This document shows, piece after piece, positions 18,682 to 26,491 of a stretch of DNA of 32,000 bases. The notes below the pieces were generated by a model that was not told where the DNA came from, ran no database searches, and saw nothing but the letters and a program-made list of their open reading frames with translations. The translations under genes and the position numbers were made by a program. The stretch spans positions 1,062,928 to 1,094,927 of the forward strand of contig NC_001263.1 in the NCBI RefSeq assembly GCF_000008565.1, in the 5' to 3' direction. Every line of letters starts with the position of its first letter. The stretch's first letter is position 1. This DNA comes from Deinococcus radiodurans R1 = ATCC 13939 = DSM 20539. Lineage in GTDB: Bacteria; Deinococcota; Deinococci; Deinococcales; Deinococcaceae.

Positions 18682-18768
18682 GCGCGGCGAGACTAACGAG
18701 CGTTAGGCATACGGTGTGAGACGGCTCCGGTGAGGCGCTTGTGATGACCTGCCCTCTACGGTGCGGCA

Positions 18769-19134
18769 ATGACCACCCTGCTCCTCATCGTGGGCCTTTC
18801 GGTGCTTCTGCTGGGGCTCATGCTGTTGTCGCGCCCGAAAAGGCCGCCGCAGGAAACGCAACCTCTGGCCCCACGCAGAGTCCGCTGGCTCGACCCGGCG
18901 GTGCAGGCTGTTTTTGATCGTTCATCGGGGAAAACCACGCCTGTTCGCCGGGGTCAAAGAGTTGTCTGGGAGCCTCGGGTTCTGCTGAAACTGCGCGGTG
19001 ACCGGGCCGAGATGGAACGGCTCATTCTTCAGCAGACTGACCTGTTTCCGCGTGCCAGTCGGGAACAACTCCTTAAAATCATCTACGACACCCGCTGCGG
19101 AATCGGAACCTGTAGGAGTGGTTCAGACGCTTAG
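18769..19134 (+). CDS. hypothetical protein with an N-terminal TM anchor
   Basis: MTTLLLIVGLSVLLLGLMLL..., with TACGGT 6 nt upstream of the ATG. By my hand count it is about 60% G+C, lower than its neighbours. I recognise no family. Confidence 0.5.
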   Translation: MTTLLLIVGLSVLLLGLMLLSRPKRPPQETQPLAPRRVRWLDPAVQAVFDRSSGKTTPVRRGQRVVWEPRVLLKLRGDRAEMERLILQQTDLFPRASREQLLKIIYDTRCGIGTCRSGSDA

Positions 19135-19435
19135 AATGCCTCCGATGCGCTGGCTTCCCTCCGTTCTCCTGCTCCTCACCGGTCTGCTGCTCGCGGCCCT
19201 CGCGCTCGGCGTGTTTGCCGTGCTGGGCGGCAGCGGCCCGCTGTGGCTGCGTTCGCTCGGCAGCGTGACGCTCGGCGGCCCTGGCCCGAACGGCTTCGCG
19301 CGCGGGCTGGCGCTGATGCTGCTGGCAAGCACGCGCCCTCGCGCTGGCGACGCTGCGCCGTCCGGAACCCAGATATTTAGAACCCGAGCCCGCACTGGAG
19401 CCCGCGCCGCCGCAGGGCTGAGGTCGGGCCTTACC

Positions 19436-19873
19436 ATGTCCCTCATGACCCCTCTGCTGATTCGGGACGTTCTGAAGGCCCTGCCCCACCGTTATCCCTT
19501 CGTGCTGGTGGACCGCGTGTTCAGCACGGAAAATGGCGAAGTCCATGCGCTGAAAAACGTCACCATCAACGAGCCGTTTTTCATGGGGCACTTTCCCACC
19601 GAGCCCGTCATGCCCGGCGTGCTGATTACCGAGGCACTGGCGCAGGCGAGCATGTTTTGCCTGCACGGGCAGATGGAACCGGGCCAGATCGGCTATCTGG
19701 CGGGCATCGAGGGCGCCCGCTTCAAGCGCAAGGTGATTCCCGGCGACCAACTGCACCTGCACGCCAAACTGGAATTTCTGCGCCGGGGCCTGGGCAAAAC
19801 CACCTGCCGCGCCGAGGTAGACGGCGAAGTGGCGGCGGAGATGCAGATTCTGTTTGCAGTGGCGAAGGGCTGA
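19436..19873 (+). CDS. fabZ: 3-hydroxyacyl-ACP dehydratase FabZ
   Basis: LPHRYPFVLVDRV, FFMGHFPTEPVMPGVL and GIEGARFKRKV. The start is ATG 19436 or 19445. An in-frame upstream extension to 19136 also exists (see findings). Confidence 0.9.
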   Translation: MSLMTPLLIRDVLKALPHRYPFVLVDRVFSTENGEVHALKNVTINEPFFMGHFPTEPVMPGVLITEALAQASMFCLHGQMEPGQIGYLAGIEGARFKRKVIPGDQLHLHAKLEFLRRGLGKTTCRAEVDGEVAAEMQILFAVAKG

Positions 19874-19906
19874 GAAGACCCCTTTGCGGCGCAGCTCTGC
19901 GAGTTC
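19874..19906. repeat. partial SNR-like unit in inverted orientation
   Basis: gaagacccctttgc...cgcagctctgcgag. The 14-mer at 19890-19903 is the exact reverse complement of 1170-1183. Confidence 0.65.
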
Positions 19907-19932
19907 CTATCGCCCTAGGGAAGGGCTTTGTC

Positions 19933-19996
19933 GTCTTTTGACCCTCTACCCAGGGGAGAGGGCCTTTGCAGAGCAAAGGGGTGAGGGGTCTTCTGC
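19933..19996. repeat. SNR-like palindromic intergenic repeat
   Basis: gtcttttgaccctctaccc-a-ggggagagggcctttgc-agagc-aaaggggtgaggggtcttctg. A further left-end fragment, tttctgaccctctgccc, lies at 20053-20069. Confidence 0.8.
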
Positions 19997-20084
19997 CCCC
20001 GCCCCAAACCCCCTCTCCCTGACACTGTTACCCTGAACCCGTGCGTTGTTCCTTTCTGACCCTCTGCCCGCTGGCGGCGACCCT

Positions 20085-21230
20085 GTGACGCGCCTGACCC
20101 GGTATGTCACCCGCGAGCTGTTGCCGCCGCTGCTGGCGGGGACACTGCTGTTCACGGCCATTCTGAGCTTCGGTTACTTCTTCATTTCCAGTCAGTGGCT
20201 CAGCGGGGTGCCGGTGTCGCTCATCGCCCGCTGGATCGGCTACCAGCTCCCCGACACGTTGGTCAAGGTGCTGCCGATGGCGGTGGTTCTGATGACAGTG
20301 GTGGCCTTCGGACGCATGAACACCGAGCGCGAACTCGTGGCGGTGCAGGCGGGGGGCATCGGCCTGGGACGGGTCACGCGTCCGGCGGCGGTGGTCGGGC
20401 TGCTCGTCACGGCGCTGAGCGTGTGGCTGAGCCTCTGGGTCGCGCCCCGCGCCAACGTGGAGACGCGCGGGCTGTACTGGGACGCCCTGACCGGCGCCGG
20501 CCTCTCACAGCTCGTGGGCAAAACGGTGGACCTGGGGCAGGGCCTGACCCTCGCCATGCAGGGCTACGACGCAGGAGCCCGCCAGATGCAGGGCGTGCGG
20601 GTGGAAAAGTGGGACAAGGACAATTTCCGTCAGGGCATGGTCGTGTTTGCCGACGCGGGCAAATTTGAAGGCAACCAGCTTTCGCTGACCGGCTATCAGG
20701 TCTACCGGGTAGACTACGCGGCGGCGGCGGCGCTCTCGGGGGTGGCCGACAACGACCCGGCGGCCTTCCGCGAGGCGGTGCAAAAAGTCTTTCCGCTGGT
20801 GCAGGTGCCGGAGGACAGGAACGCGGCGCTCAACCTCGACACCGGCCTCTCGCGCAAGCAGACGCTGGCGCAGTACGCCGACGCGATTGGGGCCGACGCG
20901 GAGGGCTGGCCGGAGCTCATCACCAAGCTGACCGCGCCGGGAGTGCCGCAGTCCGAGCGTGACGCGGCGCGGGTCAACCTCAACCGCAAGCTGGCGCTGC
21001 CCTTCGCCAATCTGGTGCTGGTGCTCGCCGCGCTGCCCTTTGCCCTGCGCTTCGGGCGCACGCTGGGGGTGAGTCTGGGGGTCGCGCTCGTCATCGCGGT
21101 GGCGTACTACCTGCTGTTCAGCGTGGGCCTGACGCTCGCGGGGCTGCTGCCGGGGCTGCCGGAACTCGGCGTGTGGCTCGCCAACATCGTCTTCGCGCTG
21201 GGCGGCCTGTGGCTGCTGAGGCGTGCATGA
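20085..21230 (+). CDS. LptF/LptG (YjgP/YjgQ) family permease
   Basis: The N-terminus TRLTRYVTRELLPPLL... is typical of the family, with TM helices at both ends and a periplasmic middle domain. The start is uncertain (GTG 20085 or TTG 20046). Confidence 0.85.
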   Translation: MTRLTRYVTRELLPPLLAGTLLFTAILSFGYFFISSQWLSGVPVSLIARWIGYQLPDTLVKVLPMAVVLMTVVAFGRMNTERELVAVQAGGIGLGRVTRPAAVVGLLVTALSVWLSLWVAPRANVETRGLYWDALTGAGLSQLVGKTVDLGQGLTLAMQGYDAGARQMQGVRVEKWDKDNFRQGMVVFADAGKFEGNQLSLTGYQVYRVDYAAAAALSGVADNDPAAFREAVQKVFPLVQVPEDRNAALNLDTGLSRKQTLAQYADAIGADAEGWPELITKLTAPGVPQSERDAARVNLNRKLALPFANLVLVLAALPFALRFGRTLGVSLGVALVIAVAYYLLFSVGLTLAGLLPGLPELGVWLANIVFALGGLWLLRRA

Positions 21231-22408
21231 GCGGTGGGGAAACGGGGCGCACCCTGCGCGCACTGTTCATGTCGGTGTCGCTGGGGGCCGGGCACGACCA
21301 GGCGCAGCAGGCGGTCAAACAGGCGTTCGCCGAGCGCGGCGTGGAGCTGCTCGGCGCCGAGCACGACTCGGTGGAGTACCTCAGCACCTTTGAGCGCAGT
21401 TTCACGGTGGACCTCTACGAGTTTGAACTGCGCTACGCGCCGTGGCTCTACCGGGGCTTTTACTGGCTTACCGACCAGGACCAGCCCTGGAACATCATCA
21501 GCCGCATGTTCACCTGGCTGGGCATGGGGGCCTTCAAGGACGAACTGCGCGAGCTGCGGCCCGAAGTCGTCATCAACAGCTTCTGGGCGCCCGCCGCCGT
21601 GTGCGACACCCTGCGCGCGCAGACCGGGCAGCGCTTTCTGAACTGCCTCATCGTCACCGACTACCGGGCGCACCTGCACTGGGCGCGGCGCGAGACCGAC
21701 CTGCTGATGGTGGCCTCGGAGGAAACGCGGCGGCAAATGCTGGAGCGCGGCGTGCGGCCCGAGCAGGTGGAGGTGACGGGCATTCCCATTTCCCCGGCCT
21801 TCCGTGAGGTGCTCGCCGCCGACCGCTGGGCGCTGCGGGCCGAACTGTTCAGCGAAATGAGCCTGCGCCCCGGCGTGCCGCTGCTATTGCTCTCGGGTGG
21901 GGGCCGGGGCCACTACGCGGCGGCGGCGGACGTGCTGACCGAACTCGGCAACCTGGGCCGCGCAGTGCAGGTGCTCGTGCCCGCCTCGAGGCAGGGCGAA
22001 GGCACCGAAACCATCGGCGGGGCGACGGTGCATCACCTCGGCTTCCGGCGCGACCTGCCCCGCTTGCTGGCGGCCTCCGACCTCGTGGTCGGCAAGGCGG
22101 GCGGCCTGACGGTGGCCGAGGCGACGGCTCTCGGCGTGCCGCTCGTCATCTACGCGCCGATTCCTGGTCAGGAAGAACACAACGCCGACTTTCTGGAACG
22201 CCACGGTGCCGGGCTGTGGGCCAGAGCGCGCCACGACGTGCGTCCGCTGGTGCTGCGCGCCCTCGACCCCGCCGAACACGCCCGCCTGAGCGCCGGAGCG
22301 CGGGCGGTGGGCATTCCCGACGCGGCAGACCGGGTGGCGGGGGCCATCCTGCGGCGGCTGGGCGATGGTCTGGGAGATGAACTGGGAGACAGTAGGGGAC
22401 CGGCATGA
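21227..22408 (+). CDS. GT28-family glycosyltransferase (MGDG synthase / UgtP-like diacylglycerol glycosyltransferase)
   Basis: MGDG-synthase-like N-terminus (SVSLGAGHDQAQQA) and a Glyco_tran_28 C-terminal motif (GKAGGLTVAEATALGVPLVIYAPIPGQEEHNADFL). The ATG overlaps the upstream stop (ATGA 21227-21230). Confidence 0.85.
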   Translation: MSGGETGRTLRALFMSVSLGAGHDQAQQAVKQAFAERGVELLGAEHDSVEYLSTFERSFTVDLYEFELRYAPWLYRGFYWLTDQDQPWNIISRMFTWLGMGAFKDELRELRPEVVINSFWAPAAVCDTLRAQTGQRFLNCLIVTDYRAHLHWARRETDLLMVASEETRRQMLERGVRPEQVEVTGIPISPAFREVLAADRWALRAELFSEMSLRPGVPLLLLSGGGRGHYAAAADVLTELGNLGRAVQVLVPASRQGEGTETIGGATVHHLGFRRDLPRLLAASDLVVGKAGGLTVAEATALGVPLVIYAPIPGQEEHNADFLERHGAGLWARARHDVRPLVLRALDPAEHARLSAGARAVGIPDAADRVAGAILRRLGDGLGDELGDSRGPA

Positions 22409-23610
22409 AACGCGGTGTGCGCGGGCTGCTGCTGGGAGCCGCGCTGTATATCGGCCTGCCTTACCTCCTCGTGCAGGTCGGCAACCTCGGCCTCGTCCGC
22501 GAGGGGCGGCGCGCCCGCCGCGAGGTGGCGCTCACTTTCGACGACGGCCCCGACCCGCAGACGACCCCGGCGGTGCTGGCCGCTCTGCGCGAGGCGGACA
22601 TGCACGCGACCTTCTTCGTCATCGCAGGGAAAGCACAGGCGCACCCTGACCTGATTCGGCAGATGCTGGAAGAGGGACACGAGGTGGAGGCCCACGCCGA
22701 CAAGCACGTCCACGCCTGGATTCGCACGCCCTGGGGCGCTGCGCTCGACCCCCTGCGGGCCGTGCGCGCGGTGGGAGCCATGACGGGGCGTCCCGTTCGC
22801 TTTCATCGCCCGCCACACGGCGCTTACACGCTGAGCACTTGGCTGGGACAGCGGCTCGCCGGGGTGCGCGGCGCCCACTGGAGCATCGAGGGCTGCGACT
22901 GGCACCCGGAGTCCATCCCGGACACGGTGCGCGAACGCCTCGCCGCGCTGCTCGTTCCCGGCGCGGTCATCGTCCTGCACGACGCGGGGCCGGGGGCGCG
23001 GGTGACGGTGCCGCTGCTGCCGTCGCTGCTCGCTGACCTGAAGGCGCGGGGCTACCGCTCGGTCACGCTGGCCGAACTGGGCGGCGCGGCGCCGCAGGAC
23101 TGGCCGGGCCTCAAGCGGCGTGGGTTTCTGGCGCTGGACGCGGTATTCGACCGCCTCGGCCACATCCACTTCGCGGGCGGGCGGGCCGACAACCTCTTTC
23201 GCATCGCCCGGGTGCCGTTTCCGCTGGAAGGCGCGCGGCTGGCAGATGGTACGCCCATCCCGCACGGCGCCCCGGCACTCGAATTTCACGTCAACAACCC
23301 CATTCTGGTGGACCTCGGCCCCCGCGCCTCGGTCCGGCAGGCCCGGCGCGAGGACTTCCGGGTGGTGGCCCGCGAATTACAGACGCGACCCGAATACGCC
23401 GACGTGGGGTACGTGTTCTGCCTCTCGGCGGTGTCGCCGCTGCTGGGGCTGCTGGGCTTCGAAAACCACGACCTGCCCGCCGCCGACGCCCGCCGCCTGC
23501 GTCGCTGGGCCAACGTGCTGCGCCGCGCCTACGGCAACGACCCGAACGCCAAGGCCCCAAGGCTCAGCGTGCTGACGCGGGAGGAGTTTTTGGCGTTATA
23601 TGGGTCGTAG
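22405..23610 (+). CDS. membrane-anchored polysaccharide deacetylase (CE4/NodB) with an extra ~150-aa C-terminal domain
   Basis: LTFDDGP, HADKH and RPPHGAY NodB motifs, with an N-terminal TM helix. The ATG overlaps the upstream stop (ATGA 22405-22408). Confidence 0.85.
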   Translation: MKRGVRGLLLGAALYIGLPYLLVQVGNLGLVREGRRARREVALTFDDGPDPQTTPAVLAALREADMHATFFVIAGKAQAHPDLIRQMLEEGHEVEAHADKHVHAWIRTPWGAALDPLRAVRAVGAMTGRPVRFHRPPHGAYTLSTWLGQRLAGVRGAHWSIEGCDWHPESIPDTVRERLAALLVPGAVIVLHDAGPGARVTVPLLPSLLADLKARGYRSVTLAELGGAAPQDWPGLKRRGFLALDAVFDRLGHIHFAGGRADNLFRIARVPFPLEGARLADGTPIPHGAPALEFHVNNPILVDLGPRASVRQARREDFRVVARELQTRPEYADVGYVFCLSAVSPLLGLLGFENHDLPAADARRLRRWANVLRRAYGNDPNAKAPRLSVLTREEFLALYGS

Positions 23611-23628
23611 GTCTATTGCGGGCAGTTG

Positions 23629-23692
23629 GTCTTCTGACCCTCTACCCTTGTGGGAGAGGGCCTGCCGAAGGCAGGGGTGAGGGGGGCTTTCT
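23629..23692. repeat. SNR-like palindromic intergenic repeat
   Basis: gtcttctgaccctctaccc-ttgt-gggagagggcctgcc-gaa-ggcaggggtgaggggggctttct. Confidence 0.8.
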
Positions 23693-23765
23693 CGGTCAAA
23701 TGCTCTATGAGTGGGGGAGCAAGGGACGGCTTTGCTTCGACTCCTTGACCCCTTATCCTCCCCCA

Positions 23766-24506
23766 GTGAATTACGACGACCTCGCCCCCATCTACGACCA
23801 GCAGTACGACAGCTACCGCGACGACCTGCACTTCTACGCGGGGCTGGCCGAGCGTGCTGGGGGCCGGGTGCTGGAAATTGGTGCGGGCACTGGGCGCGTG
23901 ACCGCCTTTCTGACCCGGCGCGGCGCAGCGGTCCTCGGCGTGGAACCGAGCGGCGAGATGATTGTCGGGGCGCAGGCGCGGGCGGCGCGCGAGGGGCTGA
24001 CGCTGGAGCTCGTGCAGGCGACGGCGCAGACCTTCGCCTCGGACGAGCGCTTTGGCCTCATCATCGCGCCGTTCAACGCGCTGATGCACCTCTACACGCC
24101 CGCCGAGCAACTCGCGGCGCTGCAAAATATTCGCGCCCACCTTGCGCCGGGCGGACAATTCGTCTTTGACCTCTACGTCCCCCACTTCGGAGCCATGAAC
24201 ACGCTGCGGCACGAGGGCGAAACCTTTCACGTGCCGGACGGCTCGCGCACCGACCTGTTTCTCCTCCAGCGCCACGATGCGCCCCGGCAGGTCATCACCA
24301 CCGAGTATTTTGCCGACACGACGGCCCCGGACGGTGCCCTGCGCCGGGCGCATCACACGCTGACGCAGCGCTACTACACGCGCTTCGAAATGGAATGGTT
24401 GCTGCGCTGCGCCGGGTTCGAGGCGCCGCGCGTCACCGGCAGCTTTCAGGGCGGCCCACTGGTGGAAACGAGCGAGGTGATGGTCTTTCAGGCCAGGGGC
24501 GCCTGA
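23766..24506 (+). CDS. class I SAM-dependent methyltransferase
   Basis: VLEIGAGTGRVT motif I. I chose GTG 23766 (VNYDDLAPIYD) because TATCCT sits 6 nt upstream (23754-23759). The longer ORF start would run through the SNR repeat. ATG 23700 is an alternative. Confidence 0.82.
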   Translation: MNYDDLAPIYDQQYDSYRDDLHFYAGLAERAGGRVLEIGAGTGRVTAFLTRRGAAVLGVEPSGEMIVGAQARAAREGLTLELVQATAQTFASDERFGLIIAPFNALMHLYTPAEQLAALQNIRAHLAPGGQFVFDLYVPHFGAMNTLRHEGETFHVPDGSRTDLFLLQRHDAPRQVITTEYFADTTAPDGALRRAHHTLTQRYYTRFEMEWLLRCAGFEAPRVTGSFQGGPLVETSEVMVFQARGA

Positions 24507-24745
24507 GCTGCGTCTTCTCCGGCCTGAATAATGCCCACCAGCTCGGTCAGCAGCGCCGTGGCCGAGGCGCGGCTGACTCCGACGCGGCCATGAAATTCGG
24601 CTTCGAGGTGCAGCCGCAGGTCCTCGGCGGCGTCGGCGCGGGTGAGCAGGTCGAGTGCCGTGAGCAGTCCGCCCGCCAGCACCGTCAGTTCATCGCGGGT
24701 GATGTCGAGGGTGATGTGGGCGCCCTGGTCTTCAGTCAGCTTCAT
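24488..24745 (-). CDS. hypothetical 85-aa protein
   Basis: GC3-rich ORF. TAGCGT (rc of 24752-24757) lies 6 nt upstream of ATG 24745. I recognise no family. Confidence 0.5.
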   Translation of the reverse strand: MKLTEDQGAHITLDITRDELTVLAGGLLTALDLLTRADAAEDLRLHLEAEFHGRVGVSRASATALLTELVGIIQAGEDAAQAPLA

Positions 24746-24821
24746 GAGCCGACGCTAGAGCATTGCCGGAGGAGCGGGGGAGAGCAAAAGCCCATTCGGC
24801 TGTTTCCTGACTCCCCGCCTG

Positions 24822-25481
24822 TCAGTCATCCTTGCGCTTACGCACCCAGAAGGTCAGCAGTTGCCCGTACATCTTGCTGCGGGCCTTGACACCGCTCCAG
24901 AAGCCGCGCTTGGTTTCCTTGAGCACCTGCGCGACCTGCGGCAGTTCCACATAGGCCCAGCGGGCGTCGGTGGCTTTCAGGTGCGAGGTGATGGCGGGTT
25001 CGGGCCAGCGCTCGGCGGCGAGGCGGGGCACGCCGAGCAGCCAGTCGCGGCGGCAGGCGCGCTGCCCGCTGAGCTGCGGGGTCATCTTGTTGCCGAAATC
25101 CGACGCGAAGCCCCCGCCCGCGAAGATGCCGATGGTCATGTCGAGTTCGCCGTCCAGCACCGGGCGCAGCAGCACGTCGAGGTGTTCGCGGGTCAGGCCC
25201 TGAAGGTCGCCGTCGAGCATCACCACGTACTCGGCGTCGGTGGCCTGAAGCGCGGCGGCGAGGGCTGGCCCCTTGCCCGCGTTTTCCAGCAGCTCGACCA
25301 CCCGCGCCCCCGCCGTGCGGGCGACCTGCGCGGTGGCGTCGGCGCTGCCGTCGGAGGCCACCACCACCTCGGGCGTCAGGGTCAGGGCGGCGCGGACCAC
25401 GTCGCCCACGGTCTCCTCTTCATTGAAAGCCGGAATCACGACGGCCACGGTCGGCTGCTGTCGGGTGGGGACTGCGCTCAT
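24822..25481 (-). CDS. GT2-family glycosyltransferase
   Basis: VAVVIPAFNEEE and VVMLDGDL (DxD) motifs, with GGAG 5 nt upstream of the ATG. Confidence 0.85.
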   Translation of the reverse strand: MSAVPTRQQPTVAVVIPAFNEEETVGDVVRAALTLTPEVVVASDGSADATAQVARTAGARVVELLENAGKGPALAAALQATDAEYVVMLDGDLQGLTREHLDVLLRPVLDGELDMTIGIFAGGGFASDFGNKMTPQLSGQRACRRDWLLGVPRLAAERWPEPAITSHLKATDARWAYVELPQVAQVLKETKRGFWSGVKARSKMYGQLLTFWVRKRKDD

Positions 25482-25538
25482 CGGGCTCCATGCTATGCGA
25501 TGACTCGCCCAGGCGACGCGGGGGCCCTCATGTCTTTC

Positions 25539-26240
25539 TCAGCGAGACTCGGACAAGGGTGGCGTGGGCGGCTCGTCGGAGCTTGCCGGGGGCCGCTGGC
25601 CGTCGGGCGGCAGGGCAGGGGCGTTAGGGGCCAGTGCCCCGTGCATCAGCAGCGAAAAGCGGTCCTGCCAGTCGCCGAGCACCTCGCGCTGGTTGCGGTG
25701 CCCGCCGTGCAGCAGCGACATCAGGCAGGCGTCCACCAGCAGCGCGGCCAGAAACCGGGTGTCGGCGTCGGGCCGCAGCTTGCCCTGTTGCCGCATGGCG
25801 CTCAGGACCGGCTCGACGAGGCTCACCAGCGTCTGCGCCGTTTGCAGTTCCTGCGGTACCGGGCCGCTCGGGGTGCCCTCGGCGGGGCGGCTGCGGCCCA
25901 GCACCGCTTGCCCCACCGCGCCCGCCAGATGCCGGTAGCGAACGCCGAGGTCGGCCATGCGCGTGGTCACGAGTTGCCACACGACCTGCGGGTTGGCGCC
26001 GCTGCTCAGGCGCCGCAGGGCCTCGGCGCGCGTCTCGCCCACCGTGCGCTCGAAATGCGCGAGCAGCATGTGCGTCTTGCTGGGAAAGTAGCGGTACAGG
26101 TTGGTGCGGCTCACAAAAGCGGCGCGGGCGATGTCCTGCGCGCTCACGCTGTCGAGCCCGGTGCGGGCAAACAGCTCGAAGGCTGCCCGTGCGATGCGGG
26201 TGCGCCGCGCCTCGTCCTGTTCCTGCCGATCCACCTTCAT
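25539..26240 (-). CDS. TetR/AcrR family transcriptional regulator
   Basis: N-terminal HTH region: [43 protein letters not shown] at 26240. Confidence 0.88.
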   Translation of the reverse strand: MKVDRQEQDEARRTRIARAAFELFARTGLDSVSAQDIARAAFVSRTNLYRYFPSKTHMLLAHFERTVGETRAEALRRLSSGANPQVVWQLVTTRMADLGVRYRHLAGAVGQAVLGRSRPAEGTPSGPVPQELQTAQTLVSLVEPVLSAMRQQGKLRPDADTRFLAALLVDACLMSLLHGGHRNQREVLGDWQDRFSLLMHGALAPNAPALPPDGQRPPASSDEPPTPPLSESR

Positions 26241-26400
26241 GTCGCGTCCAGTGTAGGCCAGGCCCACGTGGGGGAATGTTCAAGGCTGTCAGCAGCGCTG
26301 GGGCGGTGGTCTGGTTCGGGAAACGTGCCTGACTTTAGATTTTTCTGACCCGTCCTGAAGCATAGCTCGCCAGGACGGGCGGGCGCTGTGAGCCTTTTCC

Positions 26401-26430
26401 CTGACGCCCGGCTGACGCAGGGGCTAGAGT
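26401..26430 (+). promoter_or_regulatory. candidate hpf promoter CTGACG-18 nt-TAGAGT
   Basis: ctgacg at 26401-26406 and tagagt at 26425-26430. It would give a roughly 55-nt leader containing the inverted repeat ccggaaa (26438-26444) / tttccgg (26467-26473) just before the RBS gaaggag (26477-26483). Confidence 0.35.
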
Positions 26431-26491
26431 GCGGGCACCGGAAAACCGCACACCATTTCTGAGGTCTTTCCGGCGCGAAGGAGCGTGAACT

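Noticed and set aside
26349-26379. A 9-bp hairpin, cccgtcctg / caggacggg, in the TetR-hpf intergenic region, considered as a possible terminator or sRNA.
   Set aside because: No U-tract follows it on either strand, and no gene ends nearby. I cannot assign a function to it.
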